Assembly: GCA_963691875.1 (NCBI GenBank)
Contig: OY829846.1
Location: 2,944,001-3,008,000 of the forward strand
Direction: 5' to 3'
Source: Aureliella sp.
Lineage (GTDB): Bacteria > Planctomycetota > Planctomycetia > Pirellulales > Pirellulaceae
Length of the DNA stretch: 64,000 nt
Positions within the stretch are counted from its first letter, which is position 1. Every line of letters begins with the position of its first letter. Position numbers and translations under genes: made by a program. The notes beneath the pieces were generated by a model. That model saw only the letters and a list, made by a program, of their open reading frames with translations, did no database searches and was not told the DNA's origin. This document shows, piece by piece, positions 9,684 to 18,981 of the stretch.

Positions 9684-9718
9684 CCGTGCCACTGCATCTG
9701 ATGAAAGCGGTGGCACGG
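9684..9718. terminator. GC-rich hairpin (terminator or REP-like)
   Basis: CCGTGCCACTGC-N11-GCGGTGGCACGG inverted repeat after the 9653 stop; no U-tract. Confidence 0.5.
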
Positions 9719-10138
9719 CTGAAGCAATTCCTCGGACAAATGTACTTCTGCCGCAAATCTTGGGTTTCATCCTTCCGAGTTTTTCTGTCCTGTTGAGCTT
9801 GGATCATCTCAGTTGACCTCGTCTCTGTGAAACCTTACGCTTACGCTCTATAAGTCCTTGGCTCGAAGCAATTTAAGTCGATAGCTTGCCAAGTCGACAG
9901 GATCTCAGACGTGGGGTCCATCACCTAGCAACCAGTATTTTGGCTGTTCGCACGCGTCGGTCCCAATCCCTTGGCGGACTTCGTGAAGATCTTTGGTCTA
10001 CGAGTTGCTCCCCACTAGGATTCCGGCGAAATTCGGTCAAATTGGCGATAAAGATCCGTTCTTTCGATAGGTGTCGGACACGCTAAGAATCACAGCAACC
10101 AAGGCATTAAGCCAACTTAACGATAAGACAAACCAACT

Positions 10139-13100
10139 ATGGAAGCATTGGAAAGCATCTGGGAAGGCATTAGCAACTTCTTCTCAAGTTTCCTGCAGGG
10201 CATCGAGCGACTAGTAACTGGAGTGTTCGGTTCGTCCAACGCGCGCCAGATCAAGCGTTTTGAAGCGATCGTCGAGAAGATCAACGGATTGGAAGACAGT
10301 CTTTCCAAGCTGAGCGATGACGAATTGCCCGGCAAGACAGCTGAGCTTCAGGCGCGGCTGCGCGATGGTGAAACATTAGACGACGTATTGGTTGAAGCGT
10401 TTGCCTTGTGCCGCGAAGGCGGCAAGCGTTTCCTGAACATGCGTCACTACGATGTGCAGCTCATCGGTGGCATCGTGTTGCACAACGGCATGATCGCCGA
10501 GATGGTCACTGGGGAAGGAAAGACTCTGGTGGCGACGCTCCCAACGTATCTCAATGCTCTAGCTGGTCGCGGTTGCCATGTAGTGACAGTTAACGACTAC
10601 CTTGCGCGGCGTGACATGGAGTGGATGGCACCACTTTACATGGGGCTTGGTCTTACTGTCGGAGCCATCCAAGGCGGCATGTCAAACGACGAACGTCAAG
10701 CTGCATACGCCAAGGATATCACCTACGCAACAAACAACGAGCTCGGTTTTGACTACCTTCGCGACAACATGCGTCTTGCAGCTCGCGATGACGATCGCTT
10801 TCCCAAGCACTTGCAGCAGGTGCAAGGACCACTTGCCTTCGCCATCATTGACGAAGTCGACAACATCCTGATCGACGAAGCCAGAACACCTCTGATCATA
10901 AGCGGCCCCGCTCACGTTGACCTCGGCAAGTATGCGGATGCGGACAGAGTCGCTCGCGGGTTAAAGAAAGACGAGCACTTCACAGTCAACGAAAAAGACC
11001 ATACCGTCAACCTGACGGATGAAGGAGTTCGAGCTGCCGAAAAACTGGCTGGTGTCGAGAGCTTTTACACCGCGGGCAATATGGAATGGCCGCACATGAT
11101 CGATAACGCTCTGAAGGCACATCATCTATACAAGAAAGATGTCAGCTACGTCGTCAAAGACAACTCCATCGTTATCGTCGATGACTTTACCGGACGATTG
11201 ATGGAAGGCCGCCAATGGAGCGATGGCTTGCACCAAGCCGTCGAAGCCAAAGAAGGCGTGAAGATCAAGGAAGAGACGCAGACGCTCGCCACGATCACGC
11301 TGCAAAACTTCTTCAAGCTCTATACCAAGATCGCAGGTATGACAGGTACCGCGATGACGGAGGCAAACGAATTCTGGAAGATCTATAAGCTGGATGTGAT
11401 TGCCATTCCAACGAATCGTGGCCTCCAGCGAATCGAACACGCCGATACGATCTTCCTCACGGAAAAAGAAAAGTACGCGGCGGTTGCCGATGATGTCGAA
11501 CGTGCTTCCAAACTTGATGTAGTTGAACTGAATGACGGCGATGAGCTCGAAGGTGAGATCACCAAGGAGGGCGACTCCGAGCTGACGATCAAGCTCAAGT
11601 CACCGCGAGAAGAACGCAAGGTTGCCAAGTCAGAAATCGCCGAGATTGACCGTAGCGGTCGCCCTGTTTTGATCGGAACAGTTTCCATTGAAAAGAGCGA
11701 GCACATTAGCCGCCTGCTGGAGCAACGCGGTGTTCCTCACCAAGTCCTCAACGCGAAAGCTCATAAACGCGAGGCGGACATCGTTGCTCAAGCCGGGCGA
11801 AAGGGTGCTGTCACTATCGCCACAAACATGGCTGGTCGTGGTACCGACATTATCTTGGGCGGTAATCCAGAGACGATGGCTTGGTCTCAGCTTCAGGACA
11901 AATACCCAACACGTCTGGATGTTCCAAGAGAGGAGTGGGACGGCTTGGTCGAGAAGATCGACTCTGAAGAAAAGATGAGTGAGGCCGGTATCGGAATTCG
12001 CGAGATCGGCGGCCTCTACGTAATCGGCACGGAACGGCACGAGTCGCGACGAATCGACTTGCAGCTTCGAGGTCGTTGTGGACGACAAGGTGATCCCGGC
12101 AGTAGCCGATTCTACCTTTCCCTTGAAGACGACTTGATGCGCATCTTTGCTGGCGACTGGGTTCGCGGGATGATGGGCAAGCTCGGCATGGGTGAAGGCG
12201 AGGCCATCGAGAACACATTCGTGAGCCGCAGAATCACTGCTGCCCAGAAAAAGGTTGAAGAGCGAAACTTTGAGATTCGCAAGAACCTGCTCGAATACGA
12301 CGAAGTGATGGATCAACAGCGGAAACGAGTTTATTCGTATCGCCAAGAGATCTTGGGCGGCGTTGGTTGCCGCCACATGATCTTGGAGCAAATCCAAGAT
12401 CAGATCAACAAGTACGTGGATATGTACACCGATTCTCTCTTTGGGGCCGAGTCTTATGCGAAGTGGGCGAGCAAGAAGTTGTCTTGCGAGCTAGAAGCTC
12501 GAGACTTCCGCAACCTAGATCCAGGAGCTGCCTCAGCCTTCGCCATTGATGCCGCCGAACGAGCTGCTGAAACTCAGATCCTGGACGCGATCGAAGAAAA
12601 CCTGCCTCAAGAAGAAGAGGAAGCGGACTGGAACTGGGGCGCATTGGCCAAATGGGTGAACACTCGCTACGGTACGAACTACAGCGTCAACGACTTGAAG
12701 AAAATTCCTCGCGAAGTCATCGACGAAAAACTTATCGAACGCGTCTTCGAGAAACTCGCTTCCATCGATTTGAGTGAAGGTGCTCCGATGCTCAGTGGTG
12801 AGTACGGTTTGAACATGCTCATCGGCTGGATGCAAAACAAGTTTGGTGTGGAGCTGGACCTCGAAGACTTGCGAACTCGCGAACCAGACGACATCCGTGA
12901 AGAACTGGGGCAAGTCGCCGAATCCGCCTACCAGCAGAAAGAACAAGAATTCCCAGTCCTGGCAGGCATCACACAATTCGGACAAGCCTCGCAGAACAAT
13001 CAATTCCACATCGACAAGGATGGCTTGGTACAGTGGGCAAATTCCCGATTTGACACCACGATTGGCGAAGAGGAACTTACGGCCGAAACTCTGACCGACC

Positions 13101-13837
13101 TCAAAAAGAACCTAGTCGCTCACAGTGAGGCCCACTACTCAGCTGGAATCGAGACTGCGGTCAAAGCCCAAGGCAAAGTCAAAGAGTTCTTCGGCAACGC
13201 GGCTCCGAGCACGTCTGCCAAGTACGTTTCCGGCGGCAATGGAGCCTTCAGTTCCTTCGGTGACTGGCTAGATTCTGAGCTCGATTGCAAAATCGCTCCA
13301 GAACAACTCGGCGAGATGGACGAAGAGCAGGTCGCGAGAAAAGTGACTCAAGCAGTAGCTGATCGCTATCACCCTGAAATCCGGCGCATGGAACGCCAAG
13401 TCCTGCTAAGCATCGTCGACAGTGCTTGGAAAGATCACTTGCTGGCCATGGACCACCTGCGGAGTGCAATTAGTTTGAAGGGCTTCGCGCAAATGGACCC
13501 GAAGGTCGAATACAAGCGTGAAGGCATGCGGATGTTCACCGAGATGTGGTTGAGCGTCGGTGAGCGGATGACGGATTTGATCTTCCGAATGGAAGCGTTG
13601 GACGAAGGCTTCATTCAAAGCACTTTCCAAGAAACCAATGCACAGCACGCGCCGGCTCAGACAACCTCGGAACTTGCCCAGCAGCAGATGTCCGACCTGG
13701 AAGCAGCAGACAAAGCTGGCCAAGAGGGCGAACAAAAAGCCGAACCGATCCGCAACACGGAAAAGAAAGTTGGGCGCAACGAACCGTGCCCTTGCGGTAG
13801 TGGCAAGAAGTACAAGGCGTGCTGTGGTAGGAAGTAG
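10139..13837 (+). CDS. secA: Preprotein translocase subunit SecA (expanded, 1232 aa)
   Basis: MVTGEGKT, DEVDNILIDEARTPLIISG, ATNMAGRGTDI, RIDLQLRGRCGRQGDPG, C-terminal GRNEPCPCGSGKKYKACC. Confidence 0.98.
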   Translation: MEALESIWEGISNFFSSFLQGIERLVTGVFGSSNARQIKRFEAIVEKINGLEDSLSKLSDDELPGKTAELQARLRDGETLDDVLVEAFALCREGGKRFLNMRHYDVQLIGGIVLHNGMIAEMVTGEGKTLVATLPTYLNALAGRGCHVVTVNDYLARRDMEWMAPLYMGLGLTVGAIQGGMSNDERQAAYAKDITYATNNELGFDYLRDNMRLAARDDDRFPKHLQQVQGPLAFAIIDEVDNILIDEARTPLIISGPAHVDLGKYADADRVARGLKKDEHFTVNEKDHTVNLTDEGVRAAEKLAGVESFYTAGNMEWPHMIDNALKAHHLYKKDVSYVVKDNSIVIVDDFTGRLMEGRQWSDGLHQAVEAKEGVKIKEETQTLATITLQNFFKLYTKIAGMTGTAMTEANEFWKIYKLDVIAIPTNRGLQRIEHADTIFLTEKEKYAAVADDVERASKLDVVELNDGDELEGEITKEGDSELTIKLKSPREERKVAKSEIAEIDRSGRPVLIGTVSIEKSEHISRLLEQRGVPHQVLNAKAHKREADIVAQAGRKGAVTIATNMAGRGTDIILGGNPETMAWSQLQDKYPTRLDVPREEWDGLVEKIDSEEKMSEAGIGIREIGGLYVIGTERHESRRIDLQLRGRCGRQGDPGSSRFYLSLEDDLMRIFAGDWVRGMMGKLGMGEGEAIENTFVSRRITAAQKKVEERNFEIRKNLLEYDEVMDQQRKRVYSYRQEILGGVGCRHMILEQIQDQINKYVDMYTDSLFGAESYAKWASKKLSCELEARDFRNLDPGAASAFAIDAAERAAETQILDAIEENLPQEEEEADWNWGALAKWVNTRYGTNYSVNDLKKIPREVIDEKLIERVFEKLASIDLSEGAPMLSGEYGLNMLIGWMQNKFGVELDLEDLRTREPDDIREELGQVAESAYQQKEQEFPVLAGITQFGQASQNNQFHIDKDGLVQWANSRFDTTIGEEELTAETLTDLKKNLVAHSEAHYSAGIETAVKAQGKVKEFFGNAAPSTSAKYVSGGNGAFSSFGDWLDSELDCKIAPEQLGEMDEEQVARKVTQAVADRYHPEIRRMERQVLLSIVDSAWKDHLLAMDHLRSAISLKGFAQMDPKVEYKREGMRMFTEMWLSVGERMTDLIFRMEALDEGFIQSTFQETNAQHAPAQTTSELAQQQMSDLEAADKAGQEGEQKAEPIRNTEKKVGRNEPCPCGSGKKYKACCGRK

Positions 13838-13900
13838 CATTCCCACAAGATGGCCGCCCAAGTGCGGCTAGCAGTTCCCATTCGGCAGGAGGCCGACTGC

Positions 13901-15274
13901 GTGAAATCAATAGTCTTCAACCTGATCTACCTGCTCACGCTCGCGTTCCTGTCGCCATGGATTCTCATTCGTAGCTTTCGGACTGGCCGTTACCGCGAAG
14001 GACTTCGGCAGAAACTCTGGGGCCTGAACCGGTCAGACTTAGTCTTCAATTCTGACCGCCCAATTGTCTGGCTGCATGGTGTAAGCGTTGGGGAAGTACA
14101 GCTCCTTGTTCCATTAATTGACGCTCTTCAGACAGTTGCCCCGAATCATCAATTCCTGCTCTCGACTACTACCGAAAGCGGAATGGAGTTGGCGCGGAGG
14201 CGGCTGGGCGACGACCGCTGCTTCTATTTTCCACTCGACTTTTCCTGGGCAGTTCGCCGAAGCATCCAGGTTCTGAAGCCACAATTATTTGTAACTGGCG
14301 AACTCGAGCTTTGGCCCAACATGATCAGTGCCGCCAAGCGAGCCAGCATACCGATGGTTGTGGTCAACGGACGCCTGAGCGTTTCGAGCCATCGTGGCTA
14401 TAGACGATTTTCGCTTGTTACGAAGCCGATGTTTCAGGAGCTTTCAGCTGTAGCAGCGCAATCCGATTCGGACGCGAAACGCTTCATCGATTGTGGCTGC
14501 AAAAAGGAAACCGTAGAAGCTCTCGGCAATGTCAAGTTCGACAACACTGAAGTTAACCGGCAGCACCCTAGCGTCCAACGCATGCGAAGACTCGCAGGAT
14601 TGCGAGACGAAAAAGTCTTATTGGCCGGTAGTACACAGTCTCCAGAAGAACCAGCCAGCTATGCCGCTTTTGCAAAACTCAAAGAACGGCACACCGATCT
14701 GAAGCTGATTGTCGTACCGCGGCATCCAGATCGTTTTGACGAAGTCGCGAAGAAGCTACGAACCCAGCTCGTAAGCGGGCACAAACTCGTGAGGCGAAGC
14801 TCGCTGAACAATATTCCAGTCGTCTCTTCAGACTGGGACGTTTTGCTCGTCGACACTGTGGGCGAGTTGCAATGGTGGTGGGGCTTGGCTGATCTTGCTT
14901 TGGTCGGAGGCACTTTTGGCAACCGCGGGGGCCAGAATATGCTCGAGCCTGCAGCCTACGGAGCGAATGTGGCGTTTGGCCCGAAAACCTCCAACTTTAA
15001 AGATATCGTGCGTCTGCTGCTCGATGCGAAGGCCGCAACCAGACTTCCTGATCTCGACGCTTTGCAGCCCTGGCTCGAATCACAGTTGTCGAATCCCGCT
15101 CCAGCAATTCAGCGTGGTGAGCGCGCGAAGCATTTGGTGCAACAGCATCAAGGGGCCACGCAGCGATGCGTTGAGATGATCACGCCTTACCTTCAAGCAA
15201 CGAACTCGAATACGGGTGATCCGGCCGTGAATCCATCTTGCCTCTTGAGTTCTAGCGAGCGCCCCGCAGCATAA
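13901..15274 (+). CDS. waaA: 3-deoxy-D-manno-octulosonic acid (Kdo) transferase
   Basis: WLHGVSVGEV, PLDF, ELWPN, NGRLS, GNVKFD, AGST, VPRHPDRF, GGQNMLEPAA; GTG start after AGGAGG. Confidence 0.93.
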   Translation: MKSIVFNLIYLLTLAFLSPWILIRSFRTGRYREGLRQKLWGLNRSDLVFNSDRPIVWLHGVSVGEVQLLVPLIDALQTVAPNHQFLLSTTTESGMELARRRLGDDRCFYFPLDFSWAVRRSIQVLKPQLFVTGELELWPNMISAAKRASIPMVVVNGRLSVSSHRGYRRFSLVTKPMFQELSAVAAQSDSDAKRFIDCGCKKETVEALGNVKFDNTEVNRQHPSVQRMRRLAGLRDEKVLLAGSTQSPEEPASYAAFAKLKERHTDLKLIVVPRHPDRFDEVAKKLRTQLVSGHKLVRRSSLNNIPVVSSDWDVLLVDTVGELQWWWGLADLALVGGTFGNRGGQNMLEPAAYGANVAFGPKTSNFKDIVRLLLDAKAATRLPDLDALQPWLESQLSNPAPAIQRGERAKHLVQQHQGATQRCVEMITPYLQATNSNTGDPAVNPSCLLSSSERPAA

Positions 15275-15526
15275 CAGTCGTGGACTTCGCCAGAGTCTTT
15301 CACTCACCACTAGACTTGGCTCAACTGCGTGCCAAGCGGTCCCGATCTCTCCCATGTCGGAAAGTGCTTGACGTTGCCCGATCCCCAGTCCTTGTTTCCC
15401 TGCCTGGTTTTGAGACAATAAGTGTCGGATTCGCCGCTGCTACCTTTCTGCCATCCGACGCAGCAAAGGAGTTGTAGCACGGGACGCGACCGCGACTCAG
15501 TTTGCAATATGCTGAAGGCCCACAAA

Positions 15527-16555
15527 ATGTTTTTGCTGAAGATGATACCAACCAAACCCCTCAGCTGGATTGCTTGCCTATCGATCTTGGTTGGAACAAC
15601 CCTAGCTGCTGACCCGAAAACCGGAAAAGTCCCTCTCGGCTTGAAGCCCTTACCTAAGGTCAAGAACAACGCAATGACTCCCGAGAAGATTGAACTTGGG
15701 AAGCAACTTTACTTTGACAAGCGCTTATCGGCAGACAACTCTATTTCTTGCGCAAGCTGTCATGATCCGAACAAGGGTTGGTCCAATGGTGAGGCCAATG
15801 CAGCCGGATTTGAGGGCCAACGCGGCGGCCGCAGCGCTCCAACTGTCATCAACTCGGTTTACCAGCGTTTTCAGTTCTGGGACGGTCGTGCTGGCTCGCT
15901 CGAAGAGCAAGCTTTGGGACCCATTGCAAATCCCATTGAGATGAATCTCCCCGTGGAAGAAGCCGTCAAACGCATCGCTGCGATTGAGGGATATCAAAAG
16001 CAGTTCGAATCGGTGTTTGGCGAGAAAGTAAATGCTGAGAATCTGGCAAAAGCTATTGCCGCCTTTGAACGAACGGTTCTGTCCGGAAATGCTCCTTACG
16101 ATCGCTTCAAAGCTGGCGACAAATCAGCCCTCTCTGAGCAAGCCCAAGTAGGTATGAAGCTGTTCTTTGGCAAAGCGAATTGTTCTGGTTGCCACGTCGG
16201 GAGCAACTTCACAGACAATGGATTCCACAATCTGGGCGTGAACTTCAAGCAGGATGAGCCCGATGTTGGTCGTGAAGTGATTTCGAAGCTGGAAGGAGAT
16301 CGTGGTTCATTCAAAACTCCGACCCTTCGAGAAATCGCCAAAACTGCACCTTACATGCACGACGGTAGTCTCAAAACACTCGAGGATGTTGTGGAGTACT
16401 ACGCGAAGGGAGCGACTCCGAACGACTACTTAGACGAAGAAATCTTCCCACTCAATCTTTCAGAAGAACAAAAGACCTCGTTGGTTGCGTTCCTCAAAGA
16501 AGGCCTGGCTAGCGACGACTACCCAACGGTTGAACCACCCAAACTACCTGAATGA
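15527..16555 (+). CDS. Diheme cytochrome c peroxidase/MauG superfamily protein
   Basis: Signal peptide, two CxxCH (CASCH, CSGCH), FWDGRA, FKTPTLR, APYMHDG; exact start uncertain (15509/15527/15542). Confidence 0.92.
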   Translation: MFLLKMIPTKPLSWIACLSILVGTTLAADPKTGKVPLGLKPLPKVKNNAMTPEKIELGKQLYFDKRLSADNSISCASCHDPNKGWSNGEANAAGFEGQRGGRSAPTVINSVYQRFQFWDGRAGSLEEQALGPIANPIEMNLPVEEAVKRIAAIEGYQKQFESVFGEKVNAENLAKAIAAFERTVLSGNAPYDRFKAGDKSALSEQAQVGMKLFFGKANCSGCHVGSNFTDNGFHNLGVNFKQDEPDVGREVISKLEGDRGSFKTPTLREIAKTAPYMHDGSLKTLEDVVEYYAKGATPNDYLDEEIFPLNLSEEQKTSLVAFLKEGLASDDYPTVEPPKLPE

Positions 16556-16637
16556 GAGACGTTTCTTTTTCGCTGGAAAGAGACGTCCAGAACAATACAG
16601 ACCTAGAGAATTTCACTCAATAATTGGAGTAACCAAA

Positions 16638-17813
16638 GTGAGAACCATGCGTTTTCCATTTCTGCATTGCCTAGCATTCCTGGCAATTGCGTGCATCATG
16701 AGCCCCGCGATGGCCCAAGAAGAAGGCAAGAAGGAAGAAGCTCAGCAGGAAGAGAAAAAAGAAGAAGCCAAACCTGAGCAAAAGAAGGAAGAGGCAAAAC
16801 CTGAAGAGAAGAAAGAAGAGCCCAAGAAAGAAGAACCAGCTGAAGTAGAGAAGCCTGAGCTAGGCGCTGACGCAGAAGAGGGCACCAAGGGAATGGTGGT
16901 TCTCGAGGGGCTTAATAATCCTTGCGGAGTCGCGATTCAACCTGAAACCAACACTGTTTTCGTTGCAGACTCTGGCAACCACAAGATTGTCAAGTTGGTG
17001 GACGGCAAAGCTCAAGATGTCATCACTGACTTTCCGAAGGACGTCTACGGGAAGGGACCGAAGGTAAACATAGGGCCACTCGGAATGGTATTCCTGGACA
17101 AAGACACCTTGGTCGTTGGTGGAGGCGGACAGCCTGACGGCGAAGAGTTGCTTCGCGTCTACAAGATCGAAGACAAAGCCATCAAGGCAGACAAGATGGC
17201 GGCAAGTTTCAGTTTGGCTGCCACCGATGAAATCAAGGGCGAAGGTAACTTTTACGCCCTGGCAGCTTCATCCACTGGCGTGTATGTGACCTGCAATGGC
17301 GATGATACCAAGGGTTGGGTTTCTCGCGCTACCGTCAAAGATGGCAAGGTCGAGGGTTACGAGCGTTACTTGGCGACCAAAGAAGCCACAGAAGTAGATG
17401 CACCAGTCGGCATTGCCTTCAGCCCCGAAGGTTACTTGGTTGTAGGTCAGATGGGCGAAATTAACGTTCCTGGCGACAGCTTGCTGACTTTCTACGACGC
17501 TGAAACCAAAGAAATGCTGCTCAACCTGGAAACTGGCCTTCATGACATTTCTGCTGTGGGCTACAGCCCGCGCGGCCAAATGTATGTTTTGGATTATGCA
17601 TGGGCTGATGCTTCCCAAGGTGGTCTTTACCAGATCCTAGAAGACAACTCGTCGGATTCCGGCATGAAGACGAAGAAGATCATGTCGTTGGATAAGCCAA
17701 CCGCGATGGTCTTTAATGGTGATGGCGATCTATATATCACCGTGATTGACGAAGCCGCCGATGCGAACAGCAAAGGCCAACTGATTAAAGTCACCAAGGA
17801 AGCGGGACTTTAG
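16638..17813 (+). CDS. Secreted beta-propeller protein (NHL/ScyD-like) with E/K-rich N-terminal linker
   Basis: Signal peptide ending AMA-Q, KKEEAKPE repeats, blades GLNNPCGVAI, GPLGMVF, APVGIAFSP, KPTAMVF. Confidence 0.8.
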   Translation: MRTMRFPFLHCLAFLAIACIMSPAMAQEEGKKEEAQQEEKKEEAKPEQKKEEAKPEEKKEEPKKEEPAEVEKPELGADAEEGTKGMVVLEGLNNPCGVAIQPETNTVFVADSGNHKIVKLVDGKAQDVITDFPKDVYGKGPKVNIGPLGMVFLDKDTLVVGGGGQPDGEELLRVYKIEDKAIKADKMAASFSLAATDEIKGEGNFYALAASSTGVYVTCNGDDTKGWVSRATVKDGKVEGYERYLATKEATEVDAPVGIAFSPEGYLVVGQMGEINVPGDSLLTFYDAETKEMLLNLETGLHDISAVGYSPRGQMYVLDYAWADASQGGLYQILEDNSSDSGMKTKKIMSLDKPTAMVFNGDGDLYITVIDEAADANSKGQLIKVTKEAGL

Positions 17814-17833
17814 GCTACCCCACAAGGATCACC

Positions 17834-17865
17834 GAGCCTAGCAGGTAGATTTGCCTGCTAGGTTC
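17834..17865. terminator. Hairpin downstream of propeller gene
   Basis: GAGCCTAGCAGGTAGA/TTTGCCTGCTAGGTTC inverted repeat. Confidence 0.55.
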
Positions 17866-18169
17866 CTGGCTCATCCATTCTTTGGCAAGCATGATCCTAC
17901 TTACGAAGAGCCAACTGCGTTTGAGCCGGCTCATTCAGCACCTAGATTCTGAGGAGTTCCAGCGGATAACCTGCCTGCACTGAGTGGGTAAGCTCACATT
18001 TCTGTTCTGCTGTCAGACTGACTGGAAACCAAGCCTTTTCTTGGCCCGTATTCTTACTAAGATGGGCGCTGTGTCTAGACTCTGAATAGGCGCAGCGATC
18101 CTGTCCCCGTCGTTCGGCCCGCAGCACTCCGCCATATTTCATTCTGTACCTTTCCCAAGGCTGAATTTC

Positions 18170-18754
18170 ATGTCAACTGATTCCCCAGAAAAATCAAAAC
18201 CGCTCATTTCCCTGCCTTTCATCATATTTGCTGCGGTCCTGTTGATCGTTGGGGCAGTTTACGGCCAGTCGATCATGACTTGGTTCATGTTGCAGGGCGA
18301 AGCGGCCAAAGCAAACCAAGTGACTCAACCCGACGAATTTGCCGATCTCTCAGCATGGGCCAAGTCCTTGCAGGACGATCCTAGCGCCGCACCGCCATCC
18401 AGCATCGGAGTCGGTGGTGCTCCAGGCGGTGGCGAAAGCAATCGTCCCGATCCAGAAGAACGTTTCGCCGAATACGATGCCAATGAAGACGGCAAGCTAA
18501 CCGGTGACGAAATCCAAGGTCGATTAGTCGAGTTTATTGATCGTATTGACACTGATGCCGATGGTGAGATCACCAAAGGAGAGTACATGACCGCAATCGA
18601 AAACATGCGCAGCGGAGGGGGCAGAGGTGGTCCTGGTGGCCGCGGTGGTCGCCCGAGCGGTAGAGGTGGTCGCCCGGCGTCGGAAGCTGACGAAGGTGAT
18701 GCAAACAGCAACCCCGAAGAGAAGCCAGCTGAAAAGACGAGTGGCGACGAGTAA
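18170..18754 (+). CDS. Membrane-anchored EF-hand protein with RGG-rich tail
   Basis: N-terminal TM; DANEDGKLTGDE and DTDADGEITKGE EF-hand loops. Confidence 0.85.
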   Translation: MSTDSPEKSKPLISLPFIIFAAVLLIVGAVYGQSIMTWFMLQGEAAKANQVTQPDEFADLSAWAKSLQDDPSAAPPSSIGVGGAPGGGESNRPDPEERFAEYDANEDGKLTGDEIQGRLVEFIDRIDTDADGEITKGEYMTAIENMRSGGGRGGPGGRGGRPSGRGGRPASEADEGDANSNPEEKPAEKTSGDE

Positions 18755-18781
18755 AACCTTTCGATCAACAAAGCGCACCTG

Positions 18782-18817
18782 AACGGCGCCCCGTCAGTGA
18801 CTGGTCGCCGTTTTTTT
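18782..18817 (+). terminator. Rho-independent terminator
   Basis: AACGGCG...CGCCGTT stem followed by T-tract. Confidence 0.7.
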
Positions 18818-18903
18818 CGTTTGCCCTTTTTTGTGCCCGACATCGGAGTCATCCTGCCGCAACGCCGCGCTAGTTGGCGGCCGACGACTTGGTGTCCTTA
18901 GAC

Positions 18904-18937
18904 AAAAAATGGCCCGCGACGGAAATCGCGAGCCATT
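18904..18937 (-). terminator. Rho-independent terminator of the ECF/DUF1559 operon
   Basis: Minus strand ATGGCTCGCGA-TTTCCG-TCGCGGGCCAT followed by T-tract. Confidence 0.75.
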
Positions 18938-18981
18938 GAATTCAAACTTCTTTTGTTGCCCTTCTAGTTGTTCGTCAGCTA

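Noticed and set aside
9711..9726. Second sigma-54 promoter TGGCACGGCTGAAGCA
   Set aside because: Weak -12 element, and it forms one arm of a hairpin that already explains the sequence
11510..11650. Intein in SecA
   Set aside because: Too short and lacks N-terminal C/S and C-terminal HN motifs
11630..12397. 255-aa antisense ORF and similar shadow ORFs
   Set aside because: Lie opposite well-conserved genes such as secA, mutL and the nitrilase; expected from codon bias
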